A stretch of 64,000 bases of DNA from Elusimicrobiota bacterium (lineage in GTDB: Bacteria > Elusimicrobiota > Elusimicrobia > UBA1565 > UBA9628), in assembly GCA_016209035.1 (NCBI GenBank), contig JACQWX010000029.1:1676-65675 (forward strand). Reading direction: 5' to 3'. Positions 28,901-37,350 of the stretch are shown piece by piece (within the stretch, counting starts at the first letter, position 1; the number at the start of each line of letters is the position of its first letter). The translations under genes were made by a program, and so were the position numbers. Below the pieces are notes generated by a model that had not been told where the DNA came from, searched no databases, and worked only from the letters and a program-made list of their open reading frames with translations.

Positions 28901-31900
28901 ATTCCACGAAGACCCTGGCAGACCTTGGGCTGGCTGAGGCCCAGCTTGGCATCTACCGTTTCCACCCGCCTGCGGACCTTGTGAAAGTTCCGGGCCAGAC
29001 CTTGGACATGCAGGGAAGATTCCTGCGCGTGCCGATTGGGAGGGTGACCTCGATTTTCGGCATATTCGGCCCCATTCCGGACCGGACGCCGCCCCTTACC
29101 AGTCTCAGGGTGATTGGGGGCGGCCGGTTCGTGGACACTGAGGCCCGGCTCCTTGTCTCCTCAGACGCAGCCCTTGGGTTTGACGCCTTTGACCCCGTGG
29201 TGCGCGGAACCGCGTCTGGCGTGGCCTTCACCGAGTTCAGGGTGGACGCCGCCGCCGCCACTGCTCCATATTCGGTCTTTGTCTCGACATTCGGGCTGGC
29301 TGAAGGCGGCCACCTCATCGAGTTCCGCAGCCAGGATCATGCGGGCAACCTGGAAGTCACCAGGTCGAGCCAAGTGTTCGTCGACGCTGTCGCGCCGGCT
29401 ACGTCCCTTCTGGTCAACGGAACGGCTGTGGGTGCCGCGGAGGCCGTCATCATCTCCACCGACATCTTATCCTTCGCGTCTCAAGACGCGGGCTCCGGTG
29501 TCTCGGAGACCCTGTTCAAGATCGACGAGATGCCTGAACAGGTCTATGCCAGCACATTCACCCTGGCCGCAGGTACACATACCGTGACGTTCCGCAGCCG
29601 CGACAACGTGGGCAATGTCGAGTCTCTCAAGACCGCTCTGGTATCATCGCTGGCTCCGGATACCACGGCGCCGAGCCTGGCTTTCGTCCCGGTGGACGGC
29701 AGCACGCTTGCGACCTCGCGGCCCACCATCGCGGCGCTCTACTCGGACGAGGGGCGGGGGATCGACTTGACCTCGGTGAGGCTTGCCTTGGACGGGTTGG
29801 ACGTGACCAGCCAGGCCGTGGTCACGACATCCTCGGGCAGTTTCGTGCCGGCCGCCTCGCTGGCCCAAGGGAGCCACACCATCAATGCGTCCGTGACGGA
29901 CATGGCCGGAAACCTCGCGGCCGCGGCCGCGACTTTCATGCTGGACGTCACCCCGCCCTCGGTCGTCATTGAATCGCCCAATGGAGGCGAGGTCTATTTG
30001 GCCGGCGCAAGCACGATCCAGGTCCGGTTCGGGGTGACGGACAACGTTGACCCGGCTCCAGGATTCTACGCTTCCCTGGTTCAGCTGGAGGATCGAGGCA
30101 GTCCGCGCGGGAACCGGCCCGGGTTTGTCCCCGCGACTACGGGCCAGACGTTTGACCCGCTGGACTTGGATGACGGTTTATGGCGGCTCAAGGTTTCGGC
30201 GGCGGACTTCGTCATGAACTCCACTGCCCATTACTCCGGGGCGTTCGAGGTGATCCACGACACCCTTGCGCCGCGGACGCTCATGACAATCAGCGCCCCA
30301 CAGGCACCGGGCGGGCCCGGGGGAGCGGAATTTGTAAGCTCCAGGACCATGATCAACCTAAGCTCCGTGGACGACCTGGTCCTGGCGGGCGACGGCCAGG
30401 GGCTTGGGGTGGCTTGGCAGGCGTTGTCCGTGGATGGGATATTCAGGACGACCTTCACCAACCTAAGTCCGGCCTCCAGGCAGGTCTTTTCATCGAGCTT
30501 CACCCTGGCCACGGAACCTGACGGAATCCATGCATTGGCGTTCTTCGGCCAGGATGTGGTGGGCCATGTGGAGGCGCTCGGGTCCAAGGCCGTGGCTTTG
30601 GACGACACCCCGCCGTTGACCGGGCTTGTCCTCTCCACGCCCAGCTTCAACGGGTTCGTTTCTTCCAGGACGCTGCTGACCCTTGTCGCGGAGGACCCGG
30701 TGGCAGGCGGTGTCGCGTCGGGCGTTGAGTTCACGAGCTATCGGATCGGCGGCGGGGACTTCGTGCGGATGCCATTGAGCTTGAGCCTCGCGGGGCCGGA
30801 TGGCGCCTATGTCCTTGAGTTCCAAAGCCGGGACCGGGTGGAGAACCTGGAGGTGCTGCATTCTACCACGGTCTTACTGGACCAGACGCCTCCGGAGACC
30901 ACATTGAGCCTTGAAGGCCCTGTCTCAGGGGATTTCGTCACCTCGCAGGCCACCGTCGCCTTGGTATCTCATGACCCGGGGACGCTTCCCTCGGGAGCGG
31001 CGCTGACGCGCTACAAGATCAACGACGGCGCGTTTGTGATAGGCAGCCCGCTGTCGCAGTTTGGCCTCTCCGGGTCTGACGGGAACTATAGGATCCAATA
31101 CCAGAGCGAGGACCATGTGGCGAATCTGGAGGTTCTCCTGGAGAGGGTCCTAAAGCTCGACAATACGCCCCCCAAAACCGAGGCCGTCATTCAGGATACG
31201 GTATTCTTCGGCGTGGACGGCTCAACGTATGCGTCTCACGCGGCCGGACTGGGCCTGATCGCCGTTGACGCAGGCTCAGAGGTCGAGCGCACCGAGGCGG
31301 CTGTGGACGGCGAACCATTTGAGCCTTACAGCGCCCCGCTCACATTGGCCGAGGGCGTCCATGTGGTCCGGTACAGGTCTGTGGACAAGCTGGGAAACGT
31401 GGAAACCGAGCGCTCCCTCTCCCTGAAAGTGGACGGGACACCACCGACCACCACGGCCCAGGTCGGCGAGCCTTCCTTTATGGATGCGCAGGGGAAGCAT
31501 TACGTTACCCCGGCCACCGCGGTTTCCTTCTCGGCTCTCGACCCTGGTCTGGCTTTTAGCACCGTCCCTGGCTCTGGGCTGAGCCTGATCGAAGTCGCCA
31601 TGGACACCGGGCCATTCAGCGCTTTTACGAGAAGCTTGACGTTCACGGAGGGCAGGCACACGGTCTTCTTCAGGGCTGTCGACCGGGTGGGCAACGTCGA
31701 GGTAATCCGCACGCTGAGCCTGCGATCCGACGCCACGCCGCCGATCACGGCCATGAAGCCAAGCGGAGAGTTCTTCACGGCCGGGGCCAGGGATTTCGCT
31801 CCTGGGCACTTCACCTATTCCCTGCCCGCCGAAGACCCTGCGGCCAAGGACGTGGCCTCAGGCGTGGCCTGGACGCGCTTCGGCCTTGACCATGGCCCCT

Positions 31901-34900
31901 TGGCCGCCTTCACTTCCGCCTTCAGCCTGACCGAGGGCATCCGGCTCGTGAGCTTCCAGAGCCAGGACAACGTGGAGAACCTTGAGCTTCTCAAGAATTC
32001 CACGGTCTACGTGGACGCCACCGCGCCCGCGACGGCCTTGGCCATCGGAGGCCCGAGCTTCGACCCAGGAGAGGGCCGGCCCGTGTTCGTGGCCTTGAAG
32101 ACCATGCTTGGTTTGCCTTCCATCGATCCTGAGGTCTTGGGCGCGGCCTCAGGCGTGCGGGAAGCGAGGTTCCGACTGGATTCGGGCGCTTTCCAGATCT
32201 TCGCCGCGCGGTTCACGGTCCCTCTTCCTGAGGGACCGCACCAGATCGAGTGGTTCGGTACGGACAACGTGGGCAACGCCGAGGTCCTCAAGTCTACGGC
32301 CATAGCCTTGGACGACACTGCTCCCTTGACCAGCCTGGCTGTCCTGGCAGGCCGGCAAGCGCGCGCGCCGGAGCCTGAAAGCTTCTTTGCCTCTTCGGAT
32401 ACGGCCTTGGCCTTCGTATCCACCGACCCTGCGGCAGGCTGGCCGGCCTCGGGCCTGGGCTTGACCGAGTTCCAGGACAATGCCGGCCCGTTCGAGGCTT
32501 TCAGCGCGGCATTCAGCCTTACTGAAGGCGTCCACAGGCTCGGCTACCGAAGCCGAGATCGGGTGGACAACCTCGAGGTCCTGGCTAGCACGACCGTCTT
32601 GGTTGACGCGACCCCGCCTGTCTCGATCCTTGCCATCGGCACGCCCCAGGCCAAGGTGGTCCCCGGGCAGGGTCATGGCCCCATGGGGCTGACCATTGTT
32701 TCCAGCATCGCGCCTTTGGTCGTCATTTCCACGGACCCGGTTTCCCGGGAAGTCAACTCCGGGCTGGAGCAAGTCCATGTGAGCACAGGTTTTGGTTTCT
32801 CCACCTCGACCGCTGCTTTCAGGCTTGACGGGGTTGACGGGATCAAGACGGTATCCTTCTACGCCTTCGACCGGGTGGGCAACACGGAGGCTTTCCAGAC
32901 GGGCGAGGTCGGGTTGGACAATACCGCGCCTCTGACTTCACTCGCGTATGTGGGCGGGCGCCAGTTCAGGACTCAGGACAAGGTCTTTGCGTCCACCACC
33001 ACCGCCTACCGGTTCGACGCGGGCGATCCTGTGGCGGGCGGGATAGCTGCCGGGGTGGACTTCACGGAATTCTCGATCGACTCCGGCCCGCTTTCCAGGT
33101 TCGCGTTCGACTTCACGCTCGCAGAAGGCGTTCGGACGATTGCATGGCGCTCGCAGGACCGCGTCGCGAACCTGGAGACCCTGGTCTCGACAGCGGTGCA
33201 TGCGGACGCGACTCCTCCCATATCGTCCACGACCCTCACGGGCCCAAGGTTCCTGTCCGCGGGCCAGGCCGGCACGGTCGGCGGGCCGCTATTCATCGCG
33301 TCTTCCACCCTGGTGGGTTTGAGGTCCGAGGATCCGATGTCGAACGGGGTTGCCTCAGGCTTGAACCGGATCATGGCAGCCTTGGACGGCGGGACCACGA
33401 GCGTCTTCTGGTTGGACTCCCCCATTGTCGCTGAGGGCACCCACACCCTCGTCTACCAGGGGTTCGACAACGTTGAGAACGCCGAGACTTCCAGGGTGTT
33501 CAAGGTGAGTGTGGACTCGACCCCGCCGGTGACCGATATCTCATTCCTGGGTGTCGCATCCTTCCTGCCCGGCCTGCCTGAGCAGGCCCGTGTCTTCATC
33601 GCATCCGGCACCAGGGTCGCGCTCGCGGCACAAGACCCCGTGTCGCGGAACACAGCCTCCGGCGTGCTTCTCACCCGCTACCGGATCGGCCAAGGCCTGG
33701 GAGGCCACCCTGGCCCTTGGACCGCAACCCAAGGTCCCTTCTTGCTGCCAGGTGAGGGCCTGCATCTGGTCGAATGGCAGTCCCAAGACAAAGTCGAGAA
33801 CCTTGAACAGGCCAAGGTCATGCTCATCGCGGTGGACCAGACCCCGCCCGAGACCTCGGTCAGCTTCGGCGAACCCGGATTCAGGGGCTTCGGCTTCGAC
33901 CTCATAGCGTCCGACACGCCCATAACCCTCACCAGTCAGGACCCATTGTCGAGCGGCGTGGCATCGGGAGCCGCGGAGATCACATACCGGGCTGACGGCG
34001 GTCCGCTCCAGGTCTACGTCAGTTCCTTCACGCTTCCCCAGGGCATGCACACCCTGGAGTACGGAGCCGTAGACCGCGCGCAAAACGCCGAGACGCGCAA
34101 GACCGTAGGCGTGGCGGTGGCGGACTTCGTGCTGGGAGCCGTTGCGGGGGTGGACGGGATTTCCGGCTCCGGGACCTCGGACATCACAGGGCTGGTGCAG
34201 TCCAATGGCAACGTGGACCTCTCGGGGAACGTGGCGGTTGTAGGGGACGTCACGGCCTATTCCGTGACCCTGAAGGGCCAGGCAACGGTTTCCGGCAATA
34301 TCATCCAGGGGGCCTCCCCGCTCGTGGCCGAGTCGATCGACCTGGCGCTGATTGAGCAGTTGGCCCAGGCTTCAAGCTCGAACATCCTCATTCCTGAGAG
34401 CTTCCTCAAGAACGGGGCGCTGAGCATAAGCGGTCAGAAGACCTTGACGCTCAGCACGGGCGTCTATGTGGTGGAGGGTCTTGAGATAAACGGCGGCGCA
34501 AGCCTTAGAACACAGGGCCCCGTGAGCCTGCTGGTGCGCGGGCCCGTGAAGGTCGAGGGAGGCGGAGCCTTGAACGCGGACGGACGAGCCTCCCAGTTCG
34601 TGGTATTCTCCAATGGGAGCCAAGGCGCGTTCTTCGGAGGCGGGGCCCGGGTTCTGGGACTCTTCTATGCGCCTCACGCGGCGCTGCTCATCGCGGGCAA
34701 CAGCCAGATCGGAGGGCACCTGTTTGGAAAGACTGTGGCCTTGAGCGGCACCTCCAACATCGTCCAGTCCGGAGAAACCCTGCCTCAGCTGGTTGCAAGC
34801 TCGGGAGGGAAAGACAAGAAGCTCTCCTTGGCCAGAACGGCCATGGCAGGCTTGGGCCCCGATCCCGCCTTCCGCTATCACGACCACTATGCCTTCCCCA

Positions 34901-35181
34901 ATCCCTCGAGGGGGACAAATCCTACAATACGGGTGCAGGTGGGCATGGCGGACTCGGTTCAGGTGCAGATTTACGACGCAGCCGGGAGCATGGTACATAA
35001 CGACTTCTTCGGGGTTCCAAGGGTCCTTGACGACAGCAACGGCAAGGGCGACCAGTACACTTACGACTATGTCTGGAACGTGGGCCGCATGGGCTCCGGA
35101 GTCTACATCTACGTCATCACCGCGACCAAGGCCGGTGAGAAGCCCATCCGGAAGACCGGAAAAGCAGGAGTGATCCGCTGA
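22984..35181 (+). CDS. Giant (4065 aa) T9SS-type secreted cargo: N-terminal novel domain, FN3s, two NHL six-bladed beta-propellers, ~17-19 tandem Ig-like (HYR/Big-like) repeats, DUF3494 ice-binding-like beta-helix, C-terminal Por/T9SS sorting domain
   Basis: The signal peptide is MRICMPGGWLRLWRALILASAVIPSWQG. NHL blades include DQEGNVYAADSGNARIQKFNPAGGFL and GNVLVADRSLNVIHLFSSTGALV. FN3 units include LSWTAPGEDGGTGQAASYELRYS. Periodic D-x-T-P/A-P-x-T ... SGV ... YRSxDxVGNxE units recur every ~300 nt. The beta-helix segment reads TLSTGVYVVEGLEINGGASLRTQGPVSLLVRGPVKVEGGGAL. The CTD reads YAFPNPSRGTNPTIRVQV...VQIYDAAGSMV...SGVYIYVITATKAG. Confidence 0.85.
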   Translation: MRICMPGGWLRLWRALILASAVIPSWQGLLSAQDETVCAVVKLEIKQEATLEREAFDARLLLNNNSTTQPLQNLFVNFTITDIDGNPADILFFVKISSLSNTNAIDGTGVVQSSSTADIHWLIIPSTGAGGSNPLGLRYAIRANISYTANGIPQLLSTFDAFITVKPQPSTKLEYVLPYEVFSDEPLTVEIEPIEPFPLGVRVTNVGYGTARNFQIDSAQPRIVENKQGLAVDFKLLGTVVAGNTIPDTLLVPFGDVAPGGVGQASWIMSTTLSGRFIEFTSTFTHAAELGGALTSLIQSVTTYTLLKDVLVDLPGRDRVPDFLVNMGQPRGEGMQALLDSGGTIAAEYILESDQPTPIQVTEVPAAVSGTLAGTNASLTLSFAQPVGSNVWAHSSVPVVLPAGVSLVFVTRSDGKALNPANGWISKHFRKSDRSVLRRLNVIDLTSSATAYVFNFSAAGLEQAPGAVADLAAATGQRGGELALSWTAPGEDGQTGAILGGRYLIQHEVDQSASFAPAAALVVFATSTAPGRIERYVLTGAIGNTTNYLRLWTQDTGGAMSGISNGATAYALPNPPAQSAFVAVSSEALGVSWVIGNNSLPIEYQVVVNTDLAEPFVSSSPFFGSFQNSFTFAGLAPNTAYTLFGFARNPETGARSEMAVLGSTTTLATPPVAQPFADLSTNSLTAAWAIGSNPAGTEYWVELSTLPERAPVIAQSGWIRAGSFTFSGLASATTYYARAKARNLGLVETGFTDLGAAWTSSADNMPPRTGLVVGLPRFGAAPVFVTDKTTFSFTVADDLETVGDGAGLGAAYTMVSVDTAPFFNFAAAFSLVEPGMHTIRYYSVDYLNNVETERQAAVVVDAIAPATSLEVLGSSRVVGGMIELFEGSNITLTASDPEPVGVGSGVGRTIFLIDTAPENCIGGAPAWPPDPSFPQGSCRNPVFTAPFALSKGTHTVLYYSVDHVGNTEVPGSIALSVSRPPGDITETGRVDFRFSFGGQGSAPGQFNFMSDVSVDQEGNVYAADSGNARIQKFNPAGGFLLAWGSYGSGPGQFSGLWAINVCAGFAEQRVVAVDNPNRRVQIFTSTGGLLGQIGPGIGGSTFTLSYPVGVACDGAGHVYIGDQGLRLILKTDQTGRLLGSWSIPEGGIGRIAVDMSGMVYVSVGRAVFKFTADGTLLQRFGDPNSTLGNLSRSQGMAFDIFNNLYVGDSCTGGQGVQVFAPSGTFLAKFGEPGTAPGQFLSYVVQGVGIDRWTGRIFATDTSENRVEVFDVAVPTTDIKAPLTKLLVLGPSGATGDGNLIVTTTTLLSFESVDSAHPGIAPSGVAFTEYRLDETGPFQRFTTPFALEFVVAGFPYRGIEYRSTDHAGNVEPARLVHVYLDFTPPRSALFFDENQVTQMFGPESIALPGDLAFPETEFTIVAHDPGNPFSAGVGTVTAALDGMPVELERKPETSPCPEPLHGWDCVRLDVPGQERPLAEGLHLLTWQSGDKTGNFDIPRTVSFNVVRRPPNVVNNPAHKFLTALQSPEPDGFFGLTDLAVDFFGNVYVANLGPYKATIWRFSSDGALLQQFPIDAQGMDVGVSPVRLAINPTLDRKLLVTAGYHVGFYTTEGSVQYFPSTFGGFSFVNASDAAFDSAGNIYVADSAQGKIFKFSPSLEFIMAFGERGGGQFVTGPGRLASDRNGHIFATDTNPGRILKFSSAGEFIGSISGPMAEPDGLSTDIYGNVLVADRSLNVIHLFSSTGALVGQIGSPGSGQGQLASPRGLDIHLQRGRVYVADRANQRVQIFAPDLLPDTVMNLHATATMEGEVLLSWTAPGEDGGTGQAASYELRYSTMPITNISEYLEASTVTTPSPGPAGSTETLRIAGLAGNTSFYFALRAFDSAGNPSALSNTAVVRTPFIVRSAAMINGNPELLMIASNIEPAVVLIDTTSSAGGFVLAAASSQTLELASNLYDVGPPGAEFSPLASLTLRYSTKTLADLGLAEAQLGIYRFHPPADLVKVPGQTLDMQGRFLRVPIGRVTSIFGIFGPIPDRTPPLTSLRVIGGGRFVDTEARLLVSSDAALGFDAFDPVVRGTASGVAFTEFRVDAAAATAPYSVFVSTFGLAEGGHLIEFRSQDHAGNLEVTRSSQVFVDAVAPATSLLVNGTAVGAAEAVIISTDILSFASQDAGSGVSETLFKIDEMPEQVYASTFTLAAGTHTVTFRSRDNVGNVESLKTALVSSLAPDTTAPSLAFVPVDGSTLATSRPTIAALYSDEGRGIDLTSVRLALDGLDVTSQAVVTTSSGSFVPAASLAQGSHTINASVTDMAGNLAAAAATFMLDVTPPSVVIESPNGGEVYLAGASTIQVRFGVTDNVDPAPGFYASLVQLEDRGSPRGNRPGFVPATTGQTFDPLDLDDGLWRLKVSAADFVMNSTAHYSGAFEVIHDTLAPRTLMTISAPQAPGGPGGAEFVSSRTMINLSSVDDLVLAGDGQGLGVAWQALSVDGIFRTTFTNLSPASRQVFSSSFTLATEPDGIHALAFFGQDVVGHVEALGSKAVALDDTPPLTGLVLSTPSFNGFVSSRTLLTLVAEDPVAGGVASGVEFTSYRIGGGDFVRMPLSLSLAGPDGAYVLEFQSRDRVENLEVLHSTTVLLDQTPPETTLSLEGPVSGDFVTSQATVALVSHDPGTLPSGAALTRYKINDGAFVIGSPLSQFGLSGSDGNYRIQYQSEDHVANLEVLLERVLKLDNTPPKTEAVIQDTVFFGVDGSTYASHAAGLGLIAVDAGSEVERTEAAVDGEPFEPYSAPLTLAEGVHVVRYRSVDKLGNVETERSLSLKVDGTPPTTTAQVGEPSFMDAQGKHYVTPATAVSFSALDPGLAFSTVPGSGLSLIEVAMDTGPFSAFTRSLTFTEGRHTVFFRAVDRVGNVEVIRTLSLRSDATPPITAMKPSGEFFTAGARDFAPGHFTYSLPAEDPAAKDVASGVAWTRFGLDHGPLAAFTSAFSLTEGIRLVSFQSQDNVENLELLKNSTVYVDATAPATALAIGGPSFDPGEGRPVFVALKTMLGLPSIDPEVLGAASGVREARFRLDSGAFQIFAARFTVPLPEGPHQIEWFGTDNVGNAEVLKSTAIALDDTAPLTSLAVLAGRQARAPEPESFFASSDTALAFVSTDPAAGWPASGLGLTEFQDNAGPFEAFSAAFSLTEGVHRLGYRSRDRVDNLEVLASTTVLVDATPPVSILAIGTPQAKVVPGQGHGPMGLTIVSSIAPLVVISTDPVSREVNSGLEQVHVSTGFGFSTSTAAFRLDGVDGIKTVSFYAFDRVGNTEAFQTGEVGLDNTAPLTSLAYVGGRQFRTQDKVFASTTTAYRFDAGDPVAGGIAAGVDFTEFSIDSGPLSRFAFDFTLAEGVRTIAWRSQDRVANLETLVSTAVHADATPPISSTTLTGPRFLSAGQAGTVGGPLFIASSTLVGLRSEDPMSNGVASGLNRIMAALDGGTTSVFWLDSPIVAEGTHTLVYQGFDNVENAETSRVFKVSVDSTPPVTDISFLGVASFLPGLPEQARVFIASGTRVALAAQDPVSRNTASGVLLTRYRIGQGLGGHPGPWTATQGPFLLPGEGLHLVEWQSQDKVENLEQAKVMLIAVDQTPPETSVSFGEPGFRGFGFDLIASDTPITLTSQDPLSSGVASGAAEITYRADGGPLQVYVSSFTLPQGMHTLEYGAVDRAQNAETRKTVGVAVADFVLGAVAGVDGISGSGTSDITGLVQSNGNVDLSGNVAVVGDVTAYSVTLKGQATVSGNIIQGASPLVAESIDLALIEQLAQASSSNILIPESFLKNGALSISGQKTLTLSTGVYVVEGLEINGGASLRTQGPVSLLVRGPVKVEGGGALNADGRASQFVVFSNGSQGAFFGGGARVLGLFYAPHAALLIAGNSQIGGHLFGKTVALSGTSNIVQSGETLPQLVASSGGKDKKLSLARTAMAGLGPDPAFRYHDHYAFPNPSRGTNPTIRVQVGMADSVQVQIYDAAGSMVHNDFFGVPRVLDDSNGKGDQYTYDYVWNVGRMGSGVYIYVITATKAGEKPIRKTGKAGVIR
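29080..34110 (+). repeat. Intragenic tandem array of ~17-19 diverged ~300-nt (100-aa) Ig-like repeat units inside the giant-2 gene
   Basis: Unit boundaries are marked by DxTPPxT/DxTAPxT at ~29080, 29390, 29660, 29950, 30260, 30600, 30880, 31160, 31430, 31730, 32010, 32310, 32610, 32920, 33200, 33510 and 33830. Each unit shares SGV.., Y..DGG.F and (Y)RS.D.VGN.E motifs. Further isolated units occur at ~25560 and ~27120. Confidence 0.7.
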
Positions 35182-36197
35182 TGAAAGTCATCCATCCGTC
35201 GCGCCCCCTGCCGCCCACGCCTTTCCTGACGGCGCAGGGGACCTGGCCCTCCAATCTCCTGGAAGGCCAGGGCCTCCGGCCTGGACCGCGCCTTGCGCTC
35301 GTGGCCGTGGCGCTCGTGGTCGCGTGCTTGCCCGCCCGGGCCGGCGAGACCGCCCAGTTCTTGAAGATAGGGGTGGGAGCCCGTGCAGTAGGAATGGGAG
35401 GCGCCTACACCGCGGCAGGTGATGACTTGAACTCCATGGCCTGGAACCCCGGGGGCATGGCGAGCCTGACCAAGCGCGAAGCGGGCGCCATGTACGCCAA
35501 CTTGGTGGCTGAGACGCACTACAGCTTCATGGGCTACGGCCAGCCGACGAAGTACGGCACTTTCGGGGCTGGGATCATGTACCTGGGCCAAGGCTCGCTG
35601 GATGGCAGGGATTCCCAGGGCAGGGCCAATGGTGGATTCACGGCCTCGGACATGGCATTGGGCGTATCGTACGCCAAGACGGTGCTCCCGAGGCTGGGCT
35701 TAGGCGTCAACGTCAAGTTAGTCAGGACGAACGTCGGCTCGGACACGGGCTATTCCGTTGCTTTCGACCTGGGCTCAAGGTACGACCTGGGCAGGATGGG
35801 GCCAGGGAGCTTGGCGGCTGGGTTGGCGGTGTTGAACCTTGGGCCCGGCATCAGGCTGCACGAGCAAAGCTCGGACTTGCCGTTGGTGTTGGCGACCGGA
35901 CTTGGGTACAATCTTCCTTTCGGCTTGAACTTCGGGCTGGACTTCAGGAACAGGCCCTATGCCGGAAGCTCGGAGGTGAGCCTTGGGACTGAGCTTGCGG
36001 TGGTTCCCCAGTTGGCCTTGAGGATGGGGTATGCTTCGACTCATGGGCTCATCTCAGGGGCGTACAAGACGAGCGACTTGATGGGGCTGGCTGCCGGGTT
36101 CGGGGTGAAGGCCTACGGGATGAGCCTGGATTACTCCATGACGCCCTTTGGGGGGCTGGGGAACAGCCACAGGATTAGTCTAGGGAGCAGATTTTAG
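35181..36197 (+). CDS. PorV/PorQ-family-like outer-membrane beta-barrel protein (putative T9SS cargo shuttle); ATG shares a nucleotide with giant-2 stop
   Basis: It has a hydrophobic signal-like segment and the N-terminal motif [31 protein letters not shown], typical of the PorV/UPF0164-type barrel family. The rest is an alternating Gly/aromatic beta-strand pattern with a C-terminal Phe. The family assignment is made from memory of the motif and has not been searched. Confidence 0.55.
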   Translation: MKVIHPSRPLPPTPFLTAQGTWPSNLLEGQGLRPGPRLALVAVALVVACLPARAGETAQFLKIGVGARAVGMGGAYTAAGDDLNSMAWNPGGMASLTKREAGAMYANLVAETHYSFMGYGQPTKYGTFGAGIMYLGQGSLDGRDSQGRANGGFTASDMALGVSYAKTVLPRLGLGVNVKLVRTNVGSDTGYSVAFDLGSRYDLGRMGPGSLAAGLAVLNLGPGIRLHEQSSDLPLVLATGLGYNLPFGLNFGLDFRNRPYAGSSEVSLGTELAVVPQLALRMGYASTHGLISGAYKTSDLMGLAAGFGVKAYGMSLDYSMTPFGGLGNSHRISLGSRF

Positions 36198-36208
36198 AGG
36201 ACATTCTC

Positions 36209-37348
36209 ATGCGCAAGACCCTAGCCGAGATCGCCGAGTTGGTCGCGGGAACGCTCGAGGGAGACGGCTCCTTCGTAGTCACGGGCGCCGCCGGCCTCCA
36301 GGAGGCCGGCCCCGAGGACATCTCCTTCCTGGGCAACCCGAAATACGCGGCTTCGGCCCAGGCATCCAACGCGGGGTGCCTGCTCCTGCCCGCGCCCGGC
36401 GTTTCTGGCGCGGGCGTGCCGCCTCGACCCGAACGGGAAAGCGGCCTGCCCGCGCCCGGCGTCTGCCCGCCAGGGCGTGGCGCGGGGGCTCCGGGCAAGG
36501 CCAAGAACCGCATCTTCGTCGAGGACCCCCAGTACGCCTTCTCCCAGGTCCTCTGGCTCATCCATGACGAGCGGCCCAAGCCCCCGCCCGTCATCGACTC
36601 CAAGGCCTGCGTCCACTACCAGGCGAGGCTCGGCCCCGGAGTGAGCGTCGGCCCCTTCGCCGTGGTCGACCGGGGGTCCCTGGTCGCCGAGGGCGCCGTC
36701 ATCGGCGCCCAGTGCTATGTCGGAGAGAACGTCCGCATCGGCCGCTATTGCCTCCTCCACCCCCGGGTGGTCATCCGCGAGGACTGCGTCATCGGCGACC
36801 GGGTCATCGTCCAGCCCGGGGCCGTCATAGGGGGGGACGGGTACGGCTTCTCAACGGACAAGAAGACCGGCCGGCACCGCAAGATCCCCCAGATCGGCAA
36901 CGTCGTGGTGGGAGACGACGTGGAGATCGGCGCCAACGCCGCCATCGACCGCGCCACCACCGGCTCGACCGTGATCGGCCCCGGGACCAAGATCGACAAC
37001 CTGGTCCAGCTCGGGCACAACGTGAAGACCGGCAAGGACTGCCTCATCGTGGCCCAGACCGGGGTCTCGGGCTCCACCACCCTGGGGGAGCGCGTCATCC
37101 TGGCGGGACAGGCCGGCCTGGTCGGCCACATCAAGATCGGCGACGGGGCGATCGTGACGGCCAAGACCGGGGTCATGCACGACATCCCCAAGGGCGAGGT
37201 CCACTTCGGCATCCCCTCGCGCCCGCACCGGGAGGCCATGAAGCTCCAGGCGCTCTTCGGCAGGCTCCCCGACATCCACGACGCCGTGAAGGCGATCAAG
37301 AAGAAGCTCGGGCTGCACGAGGACCACGCCAAGGTCCGGGAGGGCTGA
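36209..37348 (+). CDS. lpxD: UDP-3-O-acylglucosamine N-acyltransferase LpxD (with ~38-aa in-frame low-complexity insertion)
   Basis: The N-terminal domain reads ...[12 protein letters not shown]. The left-handed beta-helix hexapeptide repeats ([44 protein letters not shown]) and the catalytic LGHNV are present. It follows skp. Confidence 0.9.
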   Translation: MRKTLAEIAELVAGTLEGDGSFVVTGAAGLQEAGPEDISFLGNPKYAASAQASNAGCLLLPAPGVSGAGVPPRPERESGLPAPGVCPPGRGAGAPGKAKNRIFVEDPQYAFSQVLWLIHDERPKPPPVIDSKACVHYQARLGPGVSVGPFAVVDRGSLVAEGAVIGAQCYVGENVRIGRYCLLHPRVVIREDCVIGDRVIVQPGAVIGGDGYGFSTDKKTGRHRKIPQIGNVVVGDDVEIGANAAIDRATTGSTVIGPGTKIDNLVQLGHNVKTGKDCLIVAQTGVSGSTTLGERVILAGQAGLVGHIKIGDGAIVTAKTGVMHDIPKGEVHFGIPSRPHREAMKLQALFGRLPDIHDAVKAIKKKLGLHEDHAKVREG

Positions 37349-37350
37349 CC

